Origin: Fibrobacteria bacterium
GTDB lineage: Bacteria; Fibrobacterota; Fibrobacteria; UBA11236
Direction: 5' to 3'
NCBI GenBank assembly: GCA_041746255.1
Contig: JBGTHM010000003.1
Coordinates: forward strand, 1-48,706
Length of the DNA: 48,706 nt
A program made the translations under genes and the position numbers. The notes beneath the pieces were generated by a model, which was given only the letters and a program-made list of their open reading frames with translations, had not been told where the DNA came from and did not search any database. Positions 29,026 through 38,605 of this stretch are shown here, piece by piece; the first letter of the stretch is position 1, and each line of letters opens with the position of its first letter.

Positions 29026-29126
29026 GGCACTCCCTAAATTAGATATCCCCCTGCGGGCAGTGAAGCCCTTCCCGCCAATTCGCTCATACTCAAGGTTATG
29101 CGCTTTTAATACCTTTTCCCATCGGC

Positions 29127-29795
29127 GTGGAAAATCAAGTTTTCGAACGGACCCAGGCATATCTCACCAAGCTGATTCCTTATTTGGAGTCGCTGTATAG
29201 CGGCCATGAGCAATCCGAATCCTCCCACTTTCCAGTGCGAATCCAACACCTTTTGCAGGAATGCGGCTACCTGGAAGGCATGCGGCTTAAAGAGCAGGGA
29301 TTCATCTCCTCGGAGTTGGAAGACTTCATCCAGAATATCGGTTTCGCCTTCGAAATAGAAGCCAAGCCGGGACGCCCCTTCAAACTTCCCTTCGTCGGCA
29401 ACGAAATCAGCATCCAACGTAAAACCTTGAATGCCTTCATGGGGAAGGCCTGGATGGTTTTCCACGCGGCACTGCTCTCCGCCTACAGCCTTCGCAACTT
29501 GAAATTTGCATCCGAATCCCCTGATTCGGCCGGCATGGAGACGGTTTACCGCATTGTCGAAGACTCGGAACTTGCGGGCTTGGCCGTCGAGGAGGAGGGC
29601 TTCAGCAACCAATTCGTGCACAAGCTCAACAATTATATGAGCGGCATCATCAGCTATACGAGCCTCATGTTAAGCGAACAGAAAGAAGAGCCGGAAACCC
29701 TGGAGCGCCTACAGCTCATTTGGGAATCGGCGCAGAAATCGGCCGACCTCATCAAGGACTACCTTTTGCGCAGTCGGGAAAAGAAACCGGGATAA
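29127..29795 (+). CDS. Hypothetical protein ending in a HisKA-like helical hairpin, with no ATPase domain
   Basis: H-box-like FVHKLNNYMSGII followed by ERLQLIWESAQKSADLIKDYL, then a stop. Confidence 0.65.
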   Translation: MENQVFERTQAYLTKLIPYLESLYSGHEQSESSHFPVRIQHLLQECGYLEGMRLKEQGFISSELEDFIQNIGFAFEIEAKPGRPFKLPFVGNEISIQRKTLNAFMGKAWMVFHAALLSAYSLRNLKFASESPDSAGMETVYRIVEDSELAGLAVEEEGFSNQFVHKLNNYMSGIISYTSLMLSEQKEEPETLERLQLIWESAQKSADLIKDYLLRSREKKPG

Positions 29796-29815
29796 GCCGT
29801 CATTTACCGACGGTA

Positions 29816-31666
29816 TCAAAACCGGAAGTCCGCCCCGGCATCGATGCGAAACCGTAAGGGATTTCCCGCAGGATGTTCCCTTATTTCCGGGCCGAAAGCG
29901 TGCAGCATTGAATAATGCAAGGATACTTTTTCCTGCAGAAAAGTCTGCACCAAGGTGATATTGTGTTCAAAATGCGACGGCACGGTGAAAACCCCCGCAT
30001 CCCTTACCCATCCCTGCACCACTTTCTCCCCTACCCAATGGGATTTCATGTTGATGTGCAAGTTGGAAGGGAAGCGGGCGCTAAGCCCCCAACTGTAGAG
30101 ATGGCGAGCAGGAACGAAATCAAGGCGGTTCCCGGACGGAGCAAAAAACGCGCGCCGCTTGTAGCCTATCCATAGATCGACATTCTGCGCCGCAGTCCAA
30201 TGCGCCGAAAAAATTCCGAAGCGGGAATGCATGACTTCGTTGAAATGGTTTACTTCTCCGGAACGGAAAAGGCTTTTTTTCCCGAAGCCGAAAACCGTGT
30301 CTTCCGCGAAATAGGAAACGTCCCATTCCAGCGCGCCACCTACCTGACCATCGAGCTTGAAACCGCCGCGCATCAGGTGGCCACCCACTTCTCCCAGCCA
30401 TCCACGCGGCCGGGCATTGGGATGGTAGATCGCCTCCCGCCCTTCCAAGTCATGCCATATCTCCCGCACATTGGGTGCCAGATCCGAAGCCTTCTCCGTG
30501 AAAACCCGCATCCCCCCGGAAAAACCTCCCCAGGCGCGCTTCTCCCTCCAACGGTTTTCGGTATCGATATGCAGGGAATTACCGAAAAATTTTAGCCGCG
30601 TGTAGGTGTGGGCTGCACGCGCGGAATCCGATGGCTTAAATCCGTAGGCGATATCCGCTCCGGCGAAGAACGGGTGCGGCGCATCCATCTGGATTTCCGG
30701 ATACCCGTAAAAGGGATCGAATAGAGCTGAGGGAGGATTAGCGAAAGACAACTTCACGTCAGTCCAGTCGACATAGGTGTTTAGCTTGATTTGATGTGAG
30801 CCCACCGAAAAAGGCCGCTTCCAATAGGGCCTGATGTGAATCTGCCTCCAAGCCCCTTCCGGGGAAACCTCCAAGATATCTTCCCAGCCTTGCACCTCGA
30901 AGGTAAAGCCGAATTGTCCCTCATACTCCGCTTCGGCAAGGAAGTTGCGACCGCGCCAGGGTATTTGCGCGCCGGAGTAAGGCGACACCGTCCAATTCCA
31001 GAAAAAGCTTCCCTGGGCGCTCAGCATCACGGGTGCGCCCAACCAGCGGAATCCGAAATCCGTGAAACTGCGGGTAGGGATATTCCCGCCAAACCAGGGT
31101 GCATCCGGGCGCGAAACGATGCTGCGCCTCCAATCGTAAGTGACCATGGAGAATTGATCATTTTGTTCGAAGGCAGAAAATATCCATAGCTTGTCGCGCG
31201 GCGAATAAGAGATTGCGCCATATGAGATAGGCGTTTTATTCGGACTACCCTGGGTATGCATGAGTTCCTGTATATGCGGGTCTCCCACTTCGCTCCCCAT
31301 ATGCCCTGAAAGGAAAAAGGTCTGATCGGAAAAATCCGTCCGTGAAAACTGGGAACGATAATCATGGTATTCGTGTTGCGGCCAAAGGAATCGCCGGGAC
31401 AGACCCGGCCGATGGTAGAATTTTTCCCCGGTAACATGTCCATTATAGGTGTCTATCAGAAAATGCGCGTCGGGATGGTCGAGGCGGTGTTTAAAAATCG
31501 GACTCTCCGCCCACACCTCGTTCGGTTTTAGCGGATAAGCAAAATTAGGAAGGGAGTCCATTGCAAATACGATGGAAACCGGAAATGCGAACAAAGCCCA
31601 ACGGACTCGATGCCAAAACCGGTAGACCCTGCCTGGAGCGGGGCTTAGGGTATCGCCTACCACCAA
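29816..31666 (-). CDS. Hypothetical large outer-membrane beta-barrel protein
   Basis: Signal-like N-terminus, aromatic-rich alternating strands, C-terminal IDAGADFRF beta-signal. Confidence 0.6.
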   Translation of the reverse strand: MVVGDTLSPAPGRVYRFWHRVRWALFAFPVSIVFAMDSLPNFAYPLKPNEVWAESPIFKHRLDHPDAHFLIDTYNGHVTGEKFYHRPGLSRRFLWPQHEYHDYRSQFSRTDFSDQTFFLSGHMGSEVGDPHIQELMHTQGSPNKTPISYGAISYSPRDKLWIFSAFEQNDQFSMVTYDWRRSIVSRPDAPWFGGNIPTRSFTDFGFRWLGAPVMLSAQGSFFWNWTVSPYSGAQIPWRGRNFLAEAEYEGQFGFTFEVQGWEDILEVSPEGAWRQIHIRPYWKRPFSVGSHQIKLNTYVDWTDVKLSFANPPSALFDPFYGYPEIQMDAPHPFFAGADIAYGFKPSDSARAAHTYTRLKFFGNSLHIDTENRWREKRAWGGFSGGMRVFTEKASDLAPNVREIWHDLEGREAIYHPNARPRGWLGEVGGHLMRGGFKLDGQVGGALEWDVSYFAEDTVFGFGKKSLFRSGEVNHFNEVMHSRFGIFSAHWTAAQNVDLWIGYKRRAFFAPSGNRLDFVPARHLYSWGLSARFPSNLHINMKSHWVGEKVVQGWVRDAGVFTVPSHFEHNITLVQTFLQEKVSLHYSMLHAFGPEIREHPAGNPLRFRIDAGADFRF

Positions 31667-32271
31667 CTTTTTCCTACGCCCACATAGAACAGGGGAAAGG
31701 AGCTGTATTTCGGTTCGCTAAAAACCAAGTCCCATTCCCCGCCGAAACGTAATCTCCAATTAGTTCCGAAGTCGAATCGCCAATTCAGGAAAGGGTAATA
31801 CCCGAACTCGGATTCATAGGCGTCCAGAAGATAGACTTTCGGTTTAGGGCTATTTACCGTTCCCACCGTCACGCTATTCAAACCCAGGCCGCATTCCGGA
31901 AGCCAATGGCTGGTCGGTGCATAGCCCAGACCTAAGCCCACCTTGGCGTAATGCAATTTTCGGCTGAACTTTTCCCCCTTCAACCGGCCGTAATGCAAGG
32001 CGCCATGCACCATGAACCGGCCATAATAGGAGGAATGCACCATCAGCCCCCCAGCCGGAAAGGAAGGCGCGTACTCGACCAGGTTGCCCCCAGGCGTAAC
32101 CATACCCAGGCGTGCGGATGTTTCGAAATGGTCAAAGAGAAGTGTCTGGGCCCGAACGGAGTCATGCAGTACGAAAAGAACAAGCAGCCGTAGGAGGAAC
32201 CGGCCTAACCGGTCATAGTGAAAAGGAGTTGAAAGGAGATTGCCTGAAGAAATCAATGGGAAAGGATGCAT
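31657..32271 (-). CDS. Hypothetical small outer-membrane beta-barrel protein
   Basis: Signal peptide (VRA-Q), about 8 amphipathic strands, C-terminal FYVGVGKSWW. Start uncertain. Confidence 0.6.
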   Translation of the reverse strand: MHPFPLISSGNLLSTPFHYDRLGRFLLRLLVLFVLHDSVRAQTLLFDHFETSARLGMVTPGGNLVEYAPSFPAGGLMVHSSYYGRFMVHGALHYGRLKGEKFSRKLHYAKVGLGLGYAPTSHWLPECGLGLNSVTVGTVNSPKPKVYLLDAYESEFGYYPFLNWRFDFGTNWRLRFGGEWDLVFSEPKYSSFPLFYVGVGKSWW

Positions 32272-32583
32272 GAATTGGGTGAGATTTGGGTCCCATCACT
32301 CAGGTTTGGGGAAAAGCTTGGGAAAATACGCAATTACAGGGGAATTTACTTAGCGACCCTAGGGGTTACAAGGGTTGGTCAAATCCTTGCCCGTAAATTT
32401 TGATGGGCATCAAACCGACTTCCAAGGCAATTTTTCATGCTCTCGACTACTCGTTGCATGCAATTACCGGCAAATTCGAACTGCGGAATCCCCGGTTTAT
32501 GCCTATTTTTTATATACAGGTTTTACTCAAAGACCTCTCAGCGATGCCAAAGTTTCCCCAGTCACTTTAGCCAGGAATCGAAT

Positions 32584-34335
32584 ATGCCGTTAACCACCCA
32601 TACAATCAAACTTTGGATCAAGCATGCTTTGATGGCTTGCCTGTTACTGACTGCCTTGGGAAATGCGCAGGTAAGCAGTCTTCCCACGGGAGTGACCACG
32701 GAAACATTCTACGATACGACTAAGGCCGGGCTTAGCTTCCGCAAGGACAAGCTGTCCGTCATGGGCATGTCGGAAGTGCCGGGACATCCCATGCACTTTC
32801 TGGTTTTAGGCTACTTCGGTTTCGTCTGGTCCCTTTATCCGAACCCGAGTCAGACCATTAACCCCACGGGGATGATGAACTATTCCCGCAAGCAATTGGC
32901 GGATTTCAATAACGTAACCATGAAAGGTTGGGAGCAGGGCGCCATGGGCGCCACTTTTGATCCGAAATTCAAAGAGAACCGGAATTTTTACATCATCTAT
33001 AATAAATACAAGAACCCTGCCCATTATAAAACCGGAGTCGTTCCGGTCCCCTCTCAGGGCGATGGCGCAGGTACTGCCGGCTGGGTGGTAATCGAGCGCT
33101 GGAAGCTATCGGAAGACTTGACTAAACTCACCCGGGACACCACCATTCTCACCATGGACCGGGGGACGGGATACGGCACCAGCAATATGGTTTTCGGCAA
33201 GGACGGCTACCTTTATATATCCACGTCTTCTTACAGCAAAAACAGTTGGGACAGCACCGAAATCATGCGGAAGGTGCTGCGCATCGACGTCTCCAAGCAG
33301 GACCCCGGAAAATTATATGCCATCCCTCCTACCAATCCCTGGTATAATGCCACCAATCCGGCGGTCAAAAAAGAAGTTTTCGCCTTTGGCTTCCGTAACA
33401 GCTATTCCCTAGTAGCCAATTACCTGACCGGAAGCATTCTCGGCGCCGAAGTGGGTCAAAAGACCTGGGAGGAAGTCAATATCATTCAGGCGGGCAAAAA
33501 CTATGGGTGGGCCGATGGGGGTGACGGGCAATCCAATAACAGCCATGGAAAGGGCGTTCAAGGGCCTTGTAGTGAGAATACAGCCAGCGGCACAGCCTTT
33601 AATGAGCAATTAAGGAGTCCTTATTCCTATTCAGGCCCCATATCGATGGGCCAGAAATACACTTGCAATGATTTTACCAACGGTAGTTGGAATTTTGCGC
33701 ATGCGGGTCAAAATTTAGGAGGATCAAAAACCGCCGTACCCGGCCTGCAAATTAATTGCATCATCATGTCGCCGGCTTTCCGGGGCAGTCCGACCTCACC
33801 GTTTCATGGTCATCACTTCGTCACCGATATAAATCGCGCCTGGTTCGTGGCCATCAAGGAAGGGGACTCGGATGCCAAGCAAGTAGGGGGATTGCCAAAT
33901 TCCTATTGGCGCGAAAAAACCGACCTCAACCATAACGGCCCCACCTCGTTCGCGGAGGACTCCTATGGCAACCTCTACGTTACCCTGGTTTCGTCCCGCA
34001 ATACCGGCGCTTTAGATTGGCACGATCCTCTCCGTCTCAAGCATCCGCAAATGCAGCCCCTTGCCCAACCGCGTGAACAGGTTCTTCCCACCTCTGGATC
34101 GACCAAAATAGCTCCCATCGGCTTGCATGGTTTTTCACGGAATACCGATTTCCAGCCCTTTGTGGTAAATTATGCCGGCCTGGCCCGCATCAGTATGCCC
34201 GAAGGCGCAACGCGCGTAGAACTTTTTTCATTGGAGGGCAAGCGGGTCTGGAGCCAAACCGCCATGGCCGGAACGGATATGCCGGTGCCCCGCAGCGTCA
34301 ACCCCGGCGCTTTCTGGGTTCGCTTTCTCCCCTAG
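32584..34335 (+). CDS. Secreted glucose/sorbosone dehydrogenase-like (PQQ-type) beta-propeller with T9SS-like C-terminal tail, copy 1
   Basis: Signal peptide (GNA-Q). EQG..G..FDP.F..N..FY, FGKDGYLYI, YAIP..NP, GFRN, EEVN..GKNYGW, SFAEDSYGNLY. Tail VELFSLEGKRVW...PGAFWVRF. Confidence 0.8.
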   Translation: MPLTTHTIKLWIKHALMACLLLTALGNAQVSSLPTGVTTETFYDTTKAGLSFRKDKLSVMGMSEVPGHPMHFLVLGYFGFVWSLYPNPSQTINPTGMMNYSRKQLADFNNVTMKGWEQGAMGATFDPKFKENRNFYIIYNKYKNPAHYKTGVVPVPSQGDGAGTAGWVVIERWKLSEDLTKLTRDTTILTMDRGTGYGTSNMVFGKDGYLYISTSSYSKNSWDSTEIMRKVLRIDVSKQDPGKLYAIPPTNPWYNATNPAVKKEVFAFGFRNSYSLVANYLTGSILGAEVGQKTWEEVNIIQAGKNYGWADGGDGQSNNSHGKGVQGPCSENTASGTAFNEQLRSPYSYSGPISMGQKYTCNDFTNGSWNFAHAGQNLGGSKTAVPGLQINCIIMSPAFRGSPTSPFHGHHFVTDINRAWFVAIKEGDSDAKQVGGLPNSYWREKTDLNHNGPTSFAEDSYGNLYVTLVSSRNTGALDWHDPLRLKHPQMQPLAQPREQVLPTSGSTKIAPIGLHGFSRNTDFQPFVVNYAGLARISMPEGATRVELFSLEGKRVWSQTAMAGTDMPVPRSVNPGAFWVRFLP

Positions 34336-34578
34336 TAAACCCGTTTTAACCGGTAAGTACCCTTTCGCGCCCGTCCCTCCCAGGGGCGGGTTACCCTGGT
34401 GGGTATCAAATCGGCCTGCAAGACGATTTTTCATGCTCGCAATTACTCATTGCACCCAATTAGAGGCAAATTCGAACTGCAGAATCCCGGATTTATGGCT
34501 ATTTTTGCTTTATCGGTTTTGTTCCAAGGCCCTCACGGATGCCGAAGCTTTCCAAGTCACTTTAGCCAGGAATCGAAT

Positions 34579-36342
34579 ATGCAGTTAACCACCCATACAT
34601 GTACACTTTGGATCAAGCACGTTCTGATGGCTTGCCTGTTACTGGCGGCCTTGGGAAATGCTCAGGTAAGCGGTCTTCCTACGGGAGTTACCACGGAAAC
34701 CTTCTACGATACGACCAAGGCCGGCCTTAGCTTCCGCAAGGACAAACTGTCCGTCATGGGCATGTGGGAAGTACCGGGGCATCCCATGCATTTTCTGGTT
34801 TTAGGCTACTTCGGCTTCGTCTGGTCGCTTTATCCGGACCCGGGTCAGACTATAAAATCCACCGGGATGATGGACTATTCCCGGAAGCAATTGGCGGATT
34901 TCAATAACGTCACCATGAAGGGTTGGGAACAGGGCGCCATGGGCGCCACTTTCGATCCGAACTTCAAAGAGAACCGGAATTTTTACATCATTTACAACAA
35001 ATATAAAAACTCTGCCCATTATAAAACCGGCGTAACACCGGTCCCGGCTCAGGGCGACGGAGCTCAGCACGCCGGATGGGTAGTGATTGAGCGTTGGAAG
35101 CTATCGGAAGATCTGACCAAGCTAAACCGGGACACCACCATCCTCACCATGGACCGTGGTACCGGCTACGGCACCAGCAATATGGTTTTCGGCAAGGACG
35201 GATATCTTTATATATCCACATCTTCTTACAGCAAAAACAGCTGGGACAGCACCGAAATCATGCGAAAAGTTCTGCGTATCGACGTATCCAAACAGGACCC
35301 CGGGAAATTATATGCCATCCCACCCTCCAATCCCTGGTATAATGCCACCAATCCTGCGGTCAAAAAGGAGGTTTTCGCATTTGGCTTCCGCAACAGCTAT
35401 TCCATTGTAGCCAATTACCTAACGGGTAGTATTCTCGGCGCCGAGGTCGGACAAACGACTTGGGAGGAAATCAACATCATCGAATCGGGCAAAAACTATG
35501 GCTGGGCCGATGGCGGTGATGGACAGCAGAAGGATGGCCAGGCGTACCGGGATGGAGTGGGAGTCCAAGGTCCGTGTAGCGAGAAAACGGCCGGCGGCAT
35601 AGCCTTCAATGGAACGACTAAAAATCCCTATTCTTATTCGGGTCCCTTATCCATGGGCCGCAAGTATACTTGTAATGATTTCACCAACGGCGCCTGGAAT
35701 TTTTCGCATGATGGTAAAAATTTAGGCGGCTCAAATACCGCCATACCCGGCCTCGAGATCAATTGCATCATCATGTCACCTGCATACCGGGGCAATCCGG
35801 GTTCGCCGTTTTATGGATATCACTTCGTCACCGACATCAATCTCTCCTATTTCGTGGCTATCAAGGAAGGCGACCCCGGAGCCAAAGAAGTGGGGGGAAT
35901 ACCCAAATCGTATATGCGTGAAAAAACCGACCTCAACCATAACGGGCCCACTTCCTTTACCGAGGATTCCTATGGTAACCTCTACGTCACCCAGGTTTCC
36001 TCCAGAGCCAATGGCGCTTTGGACTGGCATGACCCCCTTCGTCTGAAGCACCCGCAAATGCAGCCGCTTGCCCAACCGCGCGAACAAGTACTTCCCAATG
36101 AGGGATCGACCAAAATAGGCCCCATCGGCTTGCATGGTTTTTCACGGAATACCGAATTCCAACCCTTTGTGGTGAACTATGCCGGCCTGGCCCGCATCAG
36201 CATGCCCGAAGGCGCAACGCGCGTGGAGCTTTTTTCCTTGGAAGGCAAGCGGGTCTGGAGCCAAACCGCCATGGCCGGAACGGATATGCTGTTGCCCCGG
36301 AGCATCAATCCCGGCGCCTTCTGGGTTCGCTTTCTTCCCTAA
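34579..36342 (+). CDS. Secreted glucose/sorbosone dehydrogenase-like beta-propeller with T9SS-like tail, copy 2
   Basis: Close paralogue of copy 1 (587 vs 583 aa) with the same motifs. Confidence 0.8.
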   Translation: MQLTTHTCTLWIKHVLMACLLLAALGNAQVSGLPTGVTTETFYDTTKAGLSFRKDKLSVMGMWEVPGHPMHFLVLGYFGFVWSLYPDPGQTIKSTGMMDYSRKQLADFNNVTMKGWEQGAMGATFDPNFKENRNFYIIYNKYKNSAHYKTGVTPVPAQGDGAQHAGWVVIERWKLSEDLTKLNRDTTILTMDRGTGYGTSNMVFGKDGYLYISTSSYSKNSWDSTEIMRKVLRIDVSKQDPGKLYAIPPSNPWYNATNPAVKKEVFAFGFRNSYSIVANYLTGSILGAEVGQTTWEEINIIESGKNYGWADGGDGQQKDGQAYRDGVGVQGPCSEKTAGGIAFNGTTKNPYSYSGPLSMGRKYTCNDFTNGAWNFSHDGKNLGGSNTAIPGLEINCIIMSPAYRGNPGSPFYGYHFVTDINLSYFVAIKEGDPGAKEVGGIPKSYMREKTDLNHNGPTSFTEDSYGNLYVTQVSSRANGALDWHDPLRLKHPQMQPLAQPREQVLPNEGSTKIGPIGLHGFSRNTEFQPFVVNYAGLARISMPEGATRVELFSLEGKRVWSQTAMAGTDMLLPRSINPGAFWVRFLP

Positions 36343-36370
36343 AGCACCTGAATAACCGCTGAAGAAACTT

Positions 36371-36407
36371 TTGCGCCCGTCCCTCTCCTGGGGCGGGCGC
36401 AATTTTT
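36371..36407 (+). terminator. Intrinsic terminator after copy 2
   Basis: TTGCGCCCGTCCC-loop-GGGGCGGGCGCAA followed by T5, between convergent genes. Confidence 0.8.
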
Positions 36408-36443
36408 AGGCGCCTGGCCTGGACCTAAACACCCTCGAATTGA

Positions 36444-37166
36444 TCAGAACCCCCGCACCACTGCCACCTTGACCCGTAAATCCTCCTTACGGTCACCGGC
36501 AAGTCCCAGCGTGATCAGGGTTTCGACTACCGACTCGGGTCCGATGTGAACAATCAAACCCGGTTGTAAATCGATAGCGAGATAATCCTCGAAGCCGGTA
36601 GTCTGGCTGGAAGCGATGATACCCAATTCAGCCGACAGCGGTCCCATCAACCGGAGGGTCGGATACCAAGCCACCTCCATGGCCATCAAGGCGTCATTGG
36701 CCACCAAGTGATCGAGAAAGCCGGCTTTGGCCGTTAGGCGCGAAAAAAATTGGCCGCTGGATGCGAATAAATGATGCATGCCCAAGGTCAAACCCCGGTC
36801 GCTGCGCCGATCCGTACTCAACAGCATATCGACATGCAAGCTGGTGGAGCGGTCCAGAGCCAACTTCGCACCGAAAACCATATAGGGCACATTGTCGGGC
36901 ACATCCACCCAACGGGTTTTTAAACCCACGCCGATTTCGAGCTTATCCGAACCGGACAAGGTAAAGGCAATCGGCAGGTCGAAGGAGGGACTGTTCTCCG
37001 CATGGAAATAAGTTCCCGCCTGTACGGTGAAAGCGGAATTATATTTCCCCCGCGGCAAAACCGAATACGACGATTCATGGATGGGGTTCAACGCCAGCAC
37101 CGGCGTCCAGAGGGCAGGGGCCAAGAGAACAATGAATGCACGAGAGAATAATCTGGGTTTCAACAT
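36444..37166 (-). CDS. Hypothetical exported protein, probable outer-membrane beta-barrel
   Basis: Signal peptide (VLA-L), amphipathic strands, C-terminal Phe (VKVAVVRGF). Confidence 0.6.
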   Translation of the reverse strand: MLKPRLFSRAFIVLLAPALWTPVLALNPIHESSYSVLPRGKYNSAFTVQAGTYFHAENSPSFDLPIAFTLSGSDKLEIGVGLKTRWVDVPDNVPYMVFGAKLALDRSTSLHVDMLLSTDRRSDRGLTLGMHHLFASSGQFFSRLTAKAGFLDHLVANDALMAMEVAWYPTLRLMGPLSAELGIIASSQTTGFEDYLAIDLQPGLIVHIGPESVVETLITLGLAGDRKEDLRVKVAVVRGF

Positions 37167-37369
37167 AGCGGAATTCCTTCCTAGAGCGGTGTGGCTTCGA
37201 CCCGCCACTTCCCAACCGTACTCGGTGTGAATCCCCAAAGGTAGGATAATGGCGTTTTTCGGCAAGCAACGCGACCTGGTATGGGCGGGACCTATGCCAC
37301 AATCGGGTTCTATTTGGACAGTTTAACTACCTTTTTGTGCGCTGTGAAAACACCTCCGGCTTCCTCACC

Positions 37370-38326
37370 ATGCCTCTAAGCACATCCAATCCATGGATTT
37401 GGATCGCCTTCACCGCTTTGGTGTTGGTCCTATTAATCCTGGATTTGGGAGTTTTCCACCGCAAGGATAAAATCGTAACCTTCAAGGAAGCCGCGATCTG
37501 GTCCTCTATATGGGTTACCCTCGCGCTGTCGTTTAACCTCGGCCTCTATTTTTGGCTGGGCCGGTCAAAAGCCCTCGAATTTTTCACCGGCTACCTCATT
37601 GAACTCTCGCTTTCCGTCGACAATCTTTTCGTTTTCCTGGTCATCTTCTCCACCTTCGCGCTCCCCCGCCACCTAATGCATCGTGTGCTGTTCTGGGGCA
37701 TTCTGGGCGCCATGATTATGCGGGCCGTATTCATCGGTCTCGGCGCAGCGCTCATTCTCAATTTCCATTGGATCATTTACGTGTTCGGCGGGTTTTTGGT
37801 TTTCACGGGCTTCAAGCTGCTCAAGCATCACGAAGGCGAAGCCGACGTCGCCAACAGCCGGGCCCTGAAACTTTTCCGCCGCTTCATCCCGGTCACCGAC
37901 GAATACCATGACAAAAACTTCGTCATCAGACGGGGCGGCCGCCTCATGGCCACTCCCCTGTTGGCGGTCCTGGTCGTGGTGGAGGCCACCGACGTCATGT
38001 TCGCGCTCGATTCCATTCCGGCTATTTTCGCCATCACGCGCGATCCCTTTATCGTCTATACCTCCAATATCTTCGCCATTTTAGGACTGCGCTCCATGTT
38101 CTTCATGCTCGAAGGGGTGATGAGCCGATTCTATTTGCTGCGCTTCGGACTGGCCTTCATTCTGATTTTCGTGGGCACCAAAATGCTGATCATGGACATT
38201 TATCATATTCCCGTGGCGGTTTCGCTGGGAGTGGTCGCATTTGGCCTTTTCGGCAGCGCCATCGGCTCGATCATTTGGCCGCAAAAGGACCCGGCCAAGG
38301 TCGATTCCAAAAATGGTATGCCCTAA
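37370..38326 (+). CDS. terC: TerC/Alx family metal homeostasis membrane protein
   Basis: LDLG, E.SLSVDNLFVF, HRVLFWGILGA..MR, E.TD..FALDSIPA, SNIFAILGLRS. Confidence 0.95.
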   Translation: MPLSTSNPWIWIAFTALVLVLLILDLGVFHRKDKIVTFKEAAIWSSIWVTLALSFNLGLYFWLGRSKALEFFTGYLIELSLSVDNLFVFLVIFSTFALPRHLMHRVLFWGILGAMIMRAVFIGLGAALILNFHWIIYVFGGFLVFTGFKLLKHHEGEADVANSRALKLFRRFIPVTDEYHDKNFVIRRGGRLMATPLLAVLVVVEATDVMFALDSIPAIFAITRDPFIVYTSNIFAILGLRSMFFMLEGVMSRFYLLRFGLAFILIFVGTKMLIMDIYHIPVAVSLGVVAFGLFGSAIGSIIWPQKDPAKVDSKNGMP

Positions 38327-38504
38327 GTAACCGTAGCGGATTAACAACCTTCGCGACCTAAATAGGTTTTTAACGATTCGAAGTGGCGCATTCCCGTCAC
38401 TGCGCAAACGGCGGCCCCCACACCAAATTCCCACAGCTTTTTTTCGTTTTTTAGAGGGTCCGAAGCGGCCTCAACCCCCGTCGTTGTAAGGAGAGCGAAT
38501 TTCC

Positions 38505-38544
38505 TTGCATCCCGGGAAAAGTCCCTGTAGTATTACACTGGGAC
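38505..38544 (+). promoter_or_regulatory. Sigma70-type promoter whose -10 lies in an imperfect inverted repeat
   Basis: TTGCAT-N17-TAGTAT. GTCCC-TGTA-GTAT-TACA-CT-GGGAC spans 38521-38544. Confidence 0.5.
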
Positions 38545-38605
38545 GGCAACAACCGTCTTGTCGGCGCGAGGGTGGTTGCGCCGGGATATCAAAGGATTAG
38601 GCATT

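Larger units (their letters stand above)
32401..36397 (+). repeat. Tandem duplication of a ~2-kb unit (upstream region + gene + hairpin)
   Basis: 32401-34390 aligns by eye with 34397-36397, with a 6-bp junction (TTACCC). Confidence 0.9.

Noticed and set aside
29026..29126. PreQ1 riboswitch upstream of queC
   Set aside because: No recognisable preQ1 stem-loop or A-rich tail on the minus strand.
32401..32583. c-di-GMP-I riboswitch in the duplicated leader (GGCAAA...)
   Set aside because: The GAAA tetraloop/receptor and paired stems are missing. Similarity between copies is explained by the duplication. An Rfam scan would settle it.
37167..37369. yybP-ykoY manganese riboswitch expected upstream of terC/alx
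   Set aside because: The GGGGAGUA and associated conserved elements were not found by eye.
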